From positions 1,513-65,512 of the forward strand of contig CAYREO010000016.1 in assembly GCA_964423315.1 (NCBI GenBank): 64,000 nt of DNA, read 5' to 3'. Position 1 is the first letter of the stretch. The number at the start of each line of letters is the position of its first letter. The notes under the pieces were generated by a model. The model was not told the DNA's origin. It ran no database searches and saw only the letters and a program-made list of their open reading frames with translations. Positions 27,231 through 36,565 of the stretch are shown one piece after another. Made by a program: the position numbers and the translations under genes. Source of the stretch: an uncultured Eubacteriales bacterium (GTDB lineage Bacteria > Acidobacteriota > Aminicenantia > Aminicenantales > Saccharicenantaceae).

Positions 27231-30200
27231 TCATCGGCTGTCGGCCGACCCGGCCTTTGCCGGGCCGCTCGGCTCGATTTCGTAGACATGGACGTCATAC
27301 TGGTGCCAGACATCCTTGATCACATCCCGTTCGACCCGCATCTCCCCAGGTACATCGAATAGCTTCCTGACCTTCATCCCCCCGAGACCGTTCAAAGCAA
27401 TCTCAGCTTCCGTCCCCGCATCCCCAACGAGCGCCGCAAGGAGGTAGAGCTTGCCTTCCCAAGTTTTGAGCCGTGTTTCGATCCGCCCCGAAACGGGCTC
27501 GACCCGGACCGGGATGTCCGAATCCCGGGCGGCCAGTATGGGCCACATGAAGTCCATCTCCTGGAACCAGCCGCGAAGCCTCTGGAGCTGATGCTTTTGG
27601 GTACAGACCCAATGATAAAGGCCGTTGGCCCCGTAGATCACGGCCAGATAGGATTCCGCCCGGAATCCGCGCCAGTCGTCCCCCCTCAAAGAGAGGTATC
27701 CCGGGTACTGCTCGGGAACGACTTCGTCGGCGTGAAAGCTGACATAGTAGTTGACCTCGGCCAGACGGAACCGGCCGGGATTGAGCACGGTCTCCGTCTT
27801 CGTCAGGAAAGGCGCGTTCCTCCAGGCCGATCCCGGGCGCCCCATGATCTTCACATAGCAGTATCCGACCGGCGGCCGGGGCCCGATGTCCCAGTCTGGA
27901 CCTTTACGGTCGTAAAGAAAGCTTGAATCATGATGACCCCAGATGACCAGCCTAGGAGAAGTCAAACCAGCGACGATCTCCTCGACCCGCCTCCGGTACC
28001 GAACGAGGTCATCCGTGAGCCTCCAGTAATAGAACTGCTTCCCATAGCAGCCGAGAAATCCGGGATGTACGAGCAGGCCTTCGGCCTCGGCGGCGAAGCG
28101 GTCGAGGATATCCGGATCTCCCGGATGAGGGGATCCCGGGCCGATGATGATCGAATAGGCGTTCAAGGCCCAGGCCTTGTCCCTGTCCTCCAACGAGGCG
28201 GCACCCTGATGATACTGGCCACGGTAGACGTTGGCCCCGAGACGGATGGCATCGTCCCATTCCATGACGTTGACCGAGGGCACGATAGGGAAGAAGCGGA
28301 CATTGCCGTTGAGGACCAAAAAGCCGTTCTCATCCAGTTCGACCTTCTGGATGGGAGGTAGAGGCCGTCTCTCGATCGGGCGGATGCGCCCGAACGGGAT
28401 CCGGGCCCGGCCGAGCTCCCGGCCCGTACGGTCACGGTAGGAGGCCACCATCTCGTAATCCTGGACCGGCAGAGGGTTGACACGCAGGTCAGAGATATCG
28501 AGAGGGATCTCAGTCAGGCTCTCCGAAATCGCTCTATCAAGGACCATTAGGACCTTGTCTTGGGTTCGGTCGCGCAGCTCCACACGGACCTTGCCTCCCG
28601 CGCCGAGCGGGCGCAGCCTAGCATGGATCTCTAGCCGGGCTTGTTCCTCCGGGAAATAGTGGTCCTGGTCGAGGACCGCTTCGATGGCCGGCGGGACGAT
28701 TAACGGATAATAACGGTCCAAAAGGGATCGTCCGCCCTCCTCGATGACCAGTTGGAAGCTGGACATCCTGCCCAGGCCGGCGTCATATTCCAGAGGGACC
28801 GCACAGCATTCTCCGGCTTCTATGTCGACCTGCCGCCTCACGGCCGGACCGTCGCTCATTCCCGCCCGTAAGGACAGGGAGCGCGGCCGGACGTCCTCAT
28901 TGACGAGAACGACCTCGGCCTGGTTCAGGCCAGCATAGATCTGGGGATGGGAGATGAAGTCCTGGGACTGGTCCGTCTCTTCGAAATAGCGCCTCCCGAA
29001 CCTGACGGATTTCACCCGGATCGAGGGGGGGCGGGCCAACTCGATGCGCCCCATCTCTCTACTGTTGGGCGCGCGGCCCGACCATAGGGTCTCCCGGCGA
29101 CCCGCCTTCCAGGCGATAGTGAAGCCAAATTCGTCCTGTCCTGGCCCTTCGAGGCCGAGCGCGGCGAACGGAACGCTGATCCTCCAGCCGGTGCCGGCTT
29201 CTTCTATCCGGACCCCCTTCTCGGCGGCCGGCGCGAAAAGTCCTTCCGAAGTGTAGCCCTGTTTTTCAACCACTGTCCCCAGGCTTCCCGATCCGTCCGC
29301 CGATATGCGGAGGACACTGAAAAGGAAACGCTCGTGATTCAGGAAATCGCTGCGGACCCTCGGATGAAGGTAGACGCGCATGTCGGTCTTCCCACGCTGG
29401 GGGATCCACAGAAAGAGATGGGTCGCATCGTTCTCCGCGCGGATCCCCTTCCGCGCGGCAAGCCGGGTCCCATCACCCCAGCTCGCGCTCAGGACCCGCG
29501 GGGGAATGGCCACTCCCCGCCGGATCAGCTCGGCCTCCGGTGTCGCCCACTCGAAAGCGCGTATGTCGTCGACCCACAACGTCGTGGTCGGCTCGCTCCC
29601 GAGGACGGTGATCCGGACCTCGATCTCCTCAACGGGCTTCAAGGGCAGGAATCCGAAACGAAAATCGGCCCAATCGTGATCGCTGACTCCCAGCGAGAAC
29701 GTCGGGGAGACCTCCTGCATGGTGCCGTCCGTGAAGAACACGAACACCGTCAGGTTGGCCAGGTTGTCGGGGCCCCAGTAGCCGGGTGGCGAGTTCCCGA
29801 CGGAGTTGTCGAGCTTGGATTTTGCGGACAGGACGATCGGGCGGAGAGATCGCTGGTTGATGCGGATCCTTTGCGAGATTCCCGATCCTTCCGTATAAAC
29901 CACGCTGGCGCGAAGGGATCGGCGCCCCGACGCGGACTCGCCGGTCTCGATCTCGGGGGGGCGGTAGGAGGCCCCGACCCAGCTGACCCACTGGTCCTCC
30001 GAGGGAACACCCCACTCCGGAAAAGGCGTGATCGCCGAAACTTCCTCGAAACCCGGGTTCCTGACCAGATTGACTCCTTCAATGTCCTGAAACAGCTCGA
30101 CATCGTCCACCCAGGCCGCCGCTTCCGGGGAACCCGCCGGCAGAAGGAAGGAGATCTCCGCTCCCCACTTCCAATCCGCCGAACGCAGGGACTCCCTGAC

Positions 30201-30698
30201 GATGGTCCAATCGGCGGCGGCCGGCAAGGTCAGTTCCTTAACTAGCGAGGGGCGATCACGGACCGCCCCGAGACGTATAACGGCGCGGAAAGGGCGGTCT
30301 CCCGTTATGCCCGCCGTCTTATACGCAAAAGTGATCTCGATGTCCTCACCCGGCACAATGGGAAGTCCGAACGGCATGCGGCCGTCCTTGACCGTCCAAA
30401 AGTCGGCCTGAAGGACTGCTTTGACCTCCTCCTCCCCTCCTGTCAAATGCACGCTCCGCTTCCCCGAGAATTGGTCTTCCTCCGTGACCCGGGCCCCAGT
30501 TGAGAGGGTCCAATAGGGAAGATAACCGCGGCCGTCGGGATGAATGACGGAGGAGTAGGACGGGAACTGCTCGATGTCATTGACCATGACGCTCTCGGCC
30601 CCGCCGTTGGGAAGGAGCGAAGGGCGATCAGCCCCAAGCGCTCCTCCGAACAGGGCTAGGGCCGCCACAATGGCCGCGACAGCGGACGCGGCCCTCAC
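27231..30698 (-). CDS. Large (1155 aa) secreted protein of unknown function
   Basis: Signal peptide MRAASAVAAIVAALALFGGALGA. No recognisable catalytic motif. Translationally coupled (4-bp overlap) to the upstream transglutaminase-like gene. Confidence 0.6.
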   Translation of the reverse strand: MRAASAVAAIVAALALFGGALGADRPSLLPNGGAESVMVNDIEQFPSYSSVIHPDGRGYLPYWTLSTGARVTEEDQFSGKRSVHLTGGEEEVKAVLQADFWTVKDGRMPFGLPIVPGEDIEITFAYKTAGITGDRPFRAVIRLGAVRDRPSLVKELTLPAAADWTIVRESLRSADWKWGAEISFLLPAGSPEAAAWVDDVELFQDIEGVNLVRNPGFEEVSAITPFPEWGVPSEDQWVSWVGASYRPPEIETGESASGRRSLRASVVYTEGSGISQRIRINQRSLRPIVLSAKSKLDNSVGNSPPGYWGPDNLANLTVFVFFTDGTMQEVSPTFSLGVSDHDWADFRFGFLPLKPVEEIEVRITVLGSEPTTTLWVDDIRAFEWATPEAELIRRGVAIPPRVLSASWGDGTRLAARKGIRAENDATHLFLWIPQRGKTDMRVYLHPRVRSDFLNHERFLFSVLRISADGSGSLGTVVEKQGYTSEGLFAPAAEKGVRIEEAGTGWRISVPFAALGLEGPGQDEFGFTIAWKAGRRETLWSGRAPNSREMGRIELARPPSIRVKSVRFGRRYFEETDQSQDFISHPQIYAGLNQAEVVLVNEDVRPRSLSLRAGMSDGPAVRRQVDIEAGECCAVPLEYDAGLGRMSSFQLVIEEGGRSLLDRYYPLIVPPAIEAVLDQDHYFPEEQARLEIHARLRPLGAGGKVRVELRDRTQDKVLMVLDRAISESLTEIPLDISDLRVNPLPVQDYEMVASYRDRTGRELGRARIPFGRIRPIERRPLPPIQKVELDENGFLVLNGNVRFFPIVPSVNVMEWDDAIRLGANVYRGQYHQGAASLEDRDKAWALNAYSIIIGPGSPHPGDPDILDRFAAEAEGLLVHPGFLGCYGKQFYYWRLTDDLVRYRRRVEEIVAGLTSPRLVIWGHHDSSFLYDRKGPDWDIGPRPPVGYCYVKIMGRPGSAWRNAPFLTKTETVLNPGRFRLAEVNYYVSFHADEVVPEQYPGYLSLRGDDWRGFRAESYLAVIYGANGLYHWVCTQKHQLQRLRGWFQEMDFMWPILAARDSDIPVRVEPVSGRIETRLKTWEGKLYLLAALVGDAGTEAEIALNGLGGMKVRKLFDVPGEMRVERDVIKDVWHQYDVHVYEIEPSGPAKAGSADSR

Positions 30699-32719
30699 TT
30701 CGCCTCCCCCTGGAAGGCCAAAGCTATGCGGCTGACGATGCCCTCCCTGCCGAATCGACTCACGGGCCGGGCCTCAAGGATGTTATCTCCCGGGGCCAGA
30801 CTCCAGGTGAAGGATGCCGCAGACGGTGTCCATTCCCCTCCATTGATGCGGACCTCGAAGGTCTTGAAGTTGGGCGTCACCGTATCGAGGTGGACATCGA
30901 GAAGGTTGGGCCGGTCGGTCGCCGTCAAGTGGATCTCCGCTTGATTGAGGGTCCAGGCGAAGTCCCGGGCGTGGGAGCTGTGGAACGTGTATTCCTCGTA
31001 GGCTGGCAGCGCCGAGTCTTTCCACCAGAGGTACCCGTCGTAATGGTATTGGATGAACCCATGTTCCAGTTCCCCAGGCATCCAGCTGGTCAGAAAATTG
31101 TTTCGCATCGGCATCCCGAAGCGGGATTTCCATTGCCGGGGACCGAGGACCCCTTGTTCGACGTCCTCGGCGCCCGGAAAGCGATCATGGGTACCGACAG
31201 GGACGATCCAGATCTCCTCCGTTCGCGAGGCTCGGGCCAACTCATGGATCTCCAGGGAATCCAGGGGTCTTCCCTCGTGCTTCTGGAAGGCCGCCCGCAG
31301 CGAGTTGGAGGTATTTCCTACATCGATGACGACCCATTTCTCGTGGTCGTTGGACCAGACCTCGGCCGTGAAATGATGGTCGAGGATGATGCCCCTCGCC
31401 TGAAGGCCGACGGCCAGGCAGGTCTGGACGAAGGTGTTGGCGTAGATCGTGCACATCCCGGACGCTTTGTACTGGGGGACCAGTTCGAGCGAGATAAGCG
31501 CGTCCCAAGGGGTATGGAGGGCGGCCTCTCCTTGCGGGCTCCATCCGTCCCGCCAAATGCCCTTGAGCCAAAAGGCCAGCGTCCGGTATTCCTGGAACTC
31601 CGTGGAACAGCCACCTACGACCTCGTTCAGCCGGAACCGTTCCCGGAGGACCTCGAGCCGGCTTTCGCCGGCATCTTGGAACGTATAGGGATAGTACCCG
31701 CGGACGATCCTTCGGTTCTCGCGATCGTCGGCGGCGAGCTTTCCTGGCTGGTGGACGAGGTCGATGTCCGCCGACAGGGACAGGGACCTGAGGACGGGCG
31801 TGCGGCCGTGGTGGGATGTCCGCAACTCCGCCTTCCATTGGACGTAACGCCACTCACTCAAGGTCTCCGAGGACACGCGAGCCGGATCGGTCCAAGCTCC
31901 CCAAGTGGCCGGGTCATAGGAGGGCGTCCGGCCGCCGCGGACCGCCGGGACGATCGACGTCCCGGCCGGCGTCGTGGCGTCCAACCTGAGAGCCAGCCGC
32001 CGCAGCCGGATCGCGGGTTTGACGGCCGTTGCCGCGATCAAGGAGGCCGCATCGATGAAGTCCGAGAGGATCTCGCCCTTTTCCGGATATCGTCCCAGCC
32101 GGAGACGGATGAGGTATTCGCCGTCGATGAACCCTTCGGTCCCCAGCCTGTCCCGATCCCAGGTCCGTCCCCCGTCGAGACTGCGGGCGCTGCGGTTGGG
32201 ATACCGCGAGGCCTCCAGGCTGAAATAGAAGTCGTACTCCGTCGTGTTGCGCAGGACGAAGCTGTTCAAACCGGGGCGAAGCCATTCGACGGGCACGTCG
32301 CAGCGGATCCAGCCGCCCGTCAACATGCGATCGTGATCGATGTCCAGGCGGAGCGGCCGGCCGTTGACCTCGACCCAGAGGAAGGCCCCTTTTTCCTTGA
32401 AGTCCTTGAGATCGTACCGGTTCCAATGGATGAGGAGGACGGCCGACTCGGCCTCGATTCGGTCGAGCTGGAACTCCTTGAGGATGCGGATGTCCCCCTT
32501 CAACATTTCATGCATGCGACCCGTGGTCACACCGGTTTCATCGGTGATCAGCTCGGTCTTGAGGAGACGGATCTCCCCGGGGACCGAGGTGGCGTCGATC
32601 CGCCAATCATAGAGGGTCGCATCCCAGTCCTCGGAGGTCGCAAAGGTCTTTCGGTAAGAAGCCCCGAAAGCCAGCGTCGCGGTAAGGAAAACAATAACAA
32701 AAAATACGGTTCTTTTCAT
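30695..32719 (-). CDS. Secreted transglutaminase-like cysteine-protease-fold protein with BNR/Asp-box motif (paralog 1)
   Basis: Start at MKRTVFFVIVFLTATLAFGAS (ATG 32719, AAGGAG RBS). BNR motif SLDGGRTWD. TGase core Cys-His-Asp: GMCTIYANTF ... HHFTAEVW ... KWVVIDVGN. Confidence 0.75.
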   Translation of the reverse strand: MKRTVFFVIVFLTATLAFGASYRKTFATSEDWDATLYDWRIDATSVPGEIRLLKTELITDETGVTTGRMHEMLKGDIRILKEFQLDRIEAESAVLLIHWNRYDLKDFKEKGAFLWVEVNGRPLRLDIDHDRMLTGGWIRCDVPVEWLRPGLNSFVLRNTTEYDFYFSLEASRYPNRSARSLDGGRTWDRDRLGTEGFIDGEYLIRLRLGRYPEKGEILSDFIDAASLIAATAVKPAIRLRRLALRLDATTPAGTSIVPAVRGGRTPSYDPATWGAWTDPARVSSETLSEWRYVQWKAELRTSHHGRTPVLRSLSLSADIDLVHQPGKLAADDRENRRIVRGYYPYTFQDAGESRLEVLRERFRLNEVVGGCSTEFQEYRTLAFWLKGIWRDGWSPQGEAALHTPWDALISLELVPQYKASGMCTIYANTFVQTCLAVGLQARGIILDHHFTAEVWSNDHEKWVVIDVGNTSNSLRAAFQKHEGRPLDSLEIHELARASRTEEIWIVPVGTHDRFPGAEDVEQGVLGPRQWKSRFGMPMRNNFLTSWMPGELEHGFIQYHYDGYLWWKDSALPAYEEYTFHSSHARDFAWTLNQAEIHLTATDRPNLLDVHLDTVTPNFKTFEVRINGGEWTPSAASFTWSLAPGDNILEARPVSRFGREGIVSRIALAFQGEAK

Positions 32720-32817
32720 GACAGACTCCTTCATTTGGGCGGAAAGGAGGATTGGAGACAAGCCTGTCTCCCTGGATTGGCCCTATCGAAAAGCTTGCTC
32801 AGCCCCATTAGGATATG

Positions 32818-32847
32818 ATAATATCCGATATCATATATTTTAATCAA
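32818..32847 (-). promoter_or_regulatory. σ70-like promoter for TGase-like paralog 1 operon (minus strand), overlapping an inverted repeat
   Basis: On the minus strand: TTGATT-N18-TATTAT. The inverted repeat ATATGATA-ATATCCGATAT-CATATAT (32813-32838) spans the spacer/-10 region. Confidence 0.4.
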
Positions 32848-32951
32848 GGCCTCGACAAAGAATGTTGACCAGCCCGACTATGAGCTCGGCCCCGGATGAT
32901 CTCGCCGGAGGGCCTATTCTATCATGACATAATCCACGGAAGGAGAGAACG

Positions 32952-34382
32952 ATGAGATTCCGCCGACTGCTAGGATGCCTGGCCTTGGCCGCCTTGGCGG
33001 CCGCATGGCCGGCATCCGGACAGGAAAAGTCCATTCTGGAGAAGGAAAATGAGCGGATGGCCCTCAACCGTAAATACGACCGGTACAATCTGAGGGCCAA
33101 GAGGGAGTTCACCGTCGAGCGTTCCGAAGCTTTCCTCAGAATCCCCAAGACGGAGTCCCCGAAAGGTGATTTCCTGAAGGCCCAGACGCCGCCGACGGTA
33201 AAGCTCATGATCCTCCCCGATCTCGAGCCCGAGTATTTCCTAGACATCAAGGACCCCGGGGACGCCTACATGTTTTCCTGGGCCAACTGGGCGTATGTCG
33301 TCCGCAGCGGTGACGGCCGTTTTTACCTCTCGGCCAGCAACCACCGGGGATTCGGGTGCCAAATCAACATCTACGAGTATGTCCCCGACCGCGACCTCCT
33401 GCACCGGGTCGTCGACGTGACCAAGCTCCTCGGCTGGACGCCTCAGAGCTACACCGACGGCAAGATCCACGGCAAGATGGGCCTTATGCCGGACGGGACG
33501 CTCTGGGCCGCCACCCACTACGGACCGCACCCGGACGATCGGTGGTTCGCCAACGGCTACCGAGGAAGCTGGCTGCTCAGCTACAATATCTTCACCCGCG
33601 AAGCCCGGAACTGGGGCATCCCCCTCGTCGGCAGCAACCTCGACAGCTTCCAGCTGGACGCCCGTCGGGGCCGCCTGGTCGGCACCGGTTCATTCAGTCA
33701 TATGGTCCTCTGCTACGACGTGATCAACAAGCAGGCCCGTTTCGCGGGCTACCCTCCCGGCGGATGGAAATGGGGATCCCGGACGCTTCTGCTGGACCAG
33801 GCCACCGGGAAATTTTGGTCGGTCGATTACGACGACGATAACGCCTTCTTCAGCTTCGATCCGGAGTTCAACAGCTTCCAGAAGTTCGACGTTCGCCCGC
33901 CGGTGAGCCCCCTGGACAACAAGCGGGGCATCCCCCGAGGACACACCGACCGCCCGGCGATGGACGGCTGGTACTACTGGGCGACCTGGAACGGCATTCT
34001 GTTCCGGTTCAAGCCGGAAACCCCCGAAGGGCCGCTGGTCGAAACCCTGACGCCGACATGGGACGAGGGGCGCGACGCCCTTCAGTTGGCCATGGAGCCC
34101 ACGGGTCGCTATATCTACTATTATCCGAAGGAGAACTCCCCCATCGTCCAATACGACGTCAAGACGGGCCGGCGCAAGGTCATCGCCTGGCTGCAGGATT
34201 ATTTTTTCGAGAAGTACGGCTATCTGATGGGCCAGGTCTACGGAATGGAGATTTCCGCTGATGGGTCGACCCTCGTCGTGGGGGTCAACGGGGCTTTCGA
34301 GGGACGGGACCAGGCCTTCGGCCACCCGGGTCTCCTGGTCGTCGAGATCCCGGCCTCCGAGAGGAAGGTGGAGGAAAAATGA
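32952..34382 (+). CDS. Secreted protein, member B of the 3-copy paralogous family (β-propeller-like, unknown function)
   Basis: Signal peptide MRFRRLLGCLALAALAAAWPASG. Shares blocks KIHGKMGLMPDGTLWAATHYGP, RRKVIAWLQDYFFEKYGY and LLVVEIPASER with paralogs A and C. Its stop overlaps the start of the next gene. Confidence 0.75.
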   Translation: MRFRRLLGCLALAALAAAWPASGQEKSILEKENERMALNRKYDRYNLRAKREFTVERSEAFLRIPKTESPKGDFLKAQTPPTVKLMILPDLEPEYFLDIKDPGDAYMFSWANWAYVVRSGDGRFYLSASNHRGFGCQINIYEYVPDRDLLHRVVDVTKLLGWTPQSYTDGKIHGKMGLMPDGTLWAATHYGPHPDDRWFANGYRGSWLLSYNIFTREARNWGIPLVGSNLDSFQLDARRGRLVGTGSFSHMVLCYDVINKQARFAGYPPGGWKWGSRTLLLDQATGKFWSVDYDDDNAFFSFDPEFNSFQKFDVRPPVSPLDNKRGIPRGHTDRPAMDGWYYWATWNGILFRFKPETPEGPLVETLTPTWDEGRDALQLAMEPTGRYIYYYPKENSPIVQYDVKTGRRKVIAWLQDYFFEKYGYLMGQVYGMEISADGSTLVVGVNGAFEGRDQAFGHPGLLVVEIPASERKVEEK

Positions 34383-36496
34383 GAAAGCTCGCCCTGCTTC
34401 TGGCCGTGACGGCCGTTCTGGGCCACGGCGCTCCGCCGGTCAAAGCGGCCAAGAACCTTGTATCGGTCTGGGAAAAAGGGGCCGCCGCGATCTACGAGAC
34501 CGGATTCGCGTCCGGCGTGATGAGGCTCGCCGACGGCGTCGGCCTGTTCAACATGGATCTCATAGAGAACGATGCCCCCGGCTCGGGGATCAGCGAGAAG
34601 GGAGCCAACACGGACATCATCTGGGAAGGATCCAGGGCCCGCAAGGTGCTTCGCCTCGAAGACCCGAGGGCCGTCCGGGCATGGATCGTGGTCTATGTCA
34701 TGAAGAAAGGCCCCCACCCGCTGACCTTCGCCGTCAACGGCCGCGAAAGCCGGATTCTGTCCTGGGACGATCAAGCCAATCACGAATGGTATAGATGGGC
34801 GGAGTTTCCAGTCTCATGGCTGGTCAAAGGGAACAACAATATCGACCTTTACTGCCCCGAGGCCTCATCGCCCGAAGAAGGATGGGAGATCCAGCTGGCG
34901 CGGGCCGACGAGTTCATCGACGGCGGGGGCGATCCCCGCCTGGCCGGCGAAACATCCTTCAAGTCCGCCGACGGCGGGCGCACTTGGAGGAAAAGCCCTT
35001 TCGGGCCAGACGAGAAGACCCGGGCCGAGTATACGGTGCGGCTGAGCCTGGACCGATACATCCCGTCGGGATGGCTGGCCTCCCCCGTCATCGACCTGTG
35101 GAAGGGTGGCGGCGATGAGGTCATCGTCCCGCTTCGGCGCCTCGAGCGTATGCGTCTGAGGGTCGCAGCCGACGCCCCTCGCGGAACTCAGGTCCGATAC
35201 TTCCTTCGAAAGGGAGACGAGCCCGGCCCCCAAGCCGACGGCTGGACGCCTTATGAGCCCGTCGGGGCGGGGCCGGTTTTGGACATGGCTCTGGAGGGGC
35301 ACGAGCTCAACCGCCGGTACATCCAGTTCAAGGCCGAGCTGTCGACGGCGGACCCGCTCATCACTCCACTCGTCAAGTCGGCCCGGGTGGAAGCGGAACT
35401 GACCCAGAACGTCCCCGATCCGGGGAACCTCTTCGTCGTGAGCGCCGATAATCCTCCCATCCAGTACTCCTCGCTCGACTGGGAATGGGAGAAAGACGAC
35501 CGGCCAGAGTTCGCGGCCCTCCGCCTCCAAGAGAACCTCGATGAAGTCGTCCAGGGGAGCCGGACGCCCTTCGAGGCCATGGTCAGACTCGGCGCCTACG
35601 TCGCCAAACGATGGCGCAACAGCAGCCCGTTGCCAGACTACCCCGGTTGGGGCGCATTGTCCATCTTCGATCGGATATCGAGGGCGGGGGGCGGGGGCAT
35701 GTGCATCCAACTCAACCTGGCCTTAGGCGGCGCCTGCATGGCCTATGGCTGGCAGGCCCGCCATGTCAACGTCATCGGGCACGAGGTCATCGAGGTCTGG
35801 AACGACGATCTCGGCAAGTGGGTCTTTTTCGACGCCGATTATCTCCAGCACTACAACGCGGACGCCCGGACAGGGGAGCCCATGAGCCTACTCGAGCTGC
35901 ATCGGATGTTCCTCGACTATTATTTCCCGGACCGGCCGATCGACTGGATGGCCGACCGCATGAGTTGGATGGCCCCCGAAGACGGCCGCCCCTTCCCTGT
36001 TCTGAGGGGCTCCTCCGTATACCTTCCCGACGCGGTCATGAGCGGCTTCATCAACGCCGCATTCCTGAGGATCATTCCCCGCAACAACTGGTATGAGAAA
36101 CCCACACCGCGGCCCCTCAACCACGGCCTCTCCCAGTGGCCGTGGGACGGGTATGTCAATTGGTACGATGACAGGACCCCTCCCAAGCGGCAGTACTCCC
36201 GGTTCACCGACCGGCCCCGGGACCTGTGGCCGGACCTCAATCGGGTCCGCATCGACGCAACGAGCGGGGCCGGCAACGACGTCCTCTTCCTCCACTTCGA
36301 GACCTACACTCCGAACTTTAGCCACTTCGAGGTCGACGTCGACGGCGCGGGGTGGGTCCGGACGGGAAGCCGCTGGACCTGGCACCTGCAGGCGGGCCGG
36401 AACACGCTCAGGGCCCGGGCGGTCAGTCGGATGGGGGTCGGAGGCAAGCCGGCGGTCCTTACCATCAACCATGTCAACCAGCCGTTCAGCCGCTAA
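34379..36496 (+). CDS. Secreted transglutaminase-like cysteine-protease-fold protein with BNR/Asp-box motif (paralog 2)
   Basis: Signal peptide MRKLALLLAVTAVLGHGAPPVKA. BNR motif SADGGRTWRKS. TGase core GGGMCIQLN ... GHEVIEVW ... KWVFFDADY. C-terminal TYTPNFSHFEV parallels TVTPNFKTFEV of paralog 1. Confidence 0.75.
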   Translation: MRKLALLLAVTAVLGHGAPPVKAAKNLVSVWEKGAAAIYETGFASGVMRLADGVGLFNMDLIENDAPGSGISEKGANTDIIWEGSRARKVLRLEDPRAVRAWIVVYVMKKGPHPLTFAVNGRESRILSWDDQANHEWYRWAEFPVSWLVKGNNNIDLYCPEASSPEEGWEIQLARADEFIDGGGDPRLAGETSFKSADGGRTWRKSPFGPDEKTRAEYTVRLSLDRYIPSGWLASPVIDLWKGGGDEVIVPLRRLERMRLRVAADAPRGTQVRYFLRKGDEPGPQADGWTPYEPVGAGPVLDMALEGHELNRRYIQFKAELSTADPLITPLVKSARVEAELTQNVPDPGNLFVVSADNPPIQYSSLDWEWEKDDRPEFAALRLQENLDEVVQGSRTPFEAMVRLGAYVAKRWRNSSPLPDYPGWGALSIFDRISRAGGGGMCIQLNLALGGACMAYGWQARHVNVIGHEVIEVWNDDLGKWVFFDADYLQHYNADARTGEPMSLLELHRMFLDYYFPDRPIDWMADRMSWMAPEDGRPFPVLRGSSVYLPDAVMSGFINAAFLRIIPRNNWYEKPTPRPLNHGLSQWPWDGYVNWYDDRTPPKRQYSRFTDRPRDLWPDLNRVRIDATSGAGNDVLFLHFETYTPNFSHFEVDVDGAGWVRTGSRWTWHLQAGRNTLRARAVSRMGVGGKPAVLTINHVNQPFSR

Positions 36497-36565
36497 ACGC
36501 GAATTTCCGGAAACCCGGTGGGACGAATGGGTCGGGTCCTTGGCCCGGAGGGCCAGGCTCGCTCC

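Noticed and set aside
36497-36565. Possible terminator between convergent TGase-like paralog 2 and hydrolase paralog 1
   Set aside because: Only an imperfect short stem (CTTGGCCC / GGGCCAGG) without a T-tract; too weak to call.
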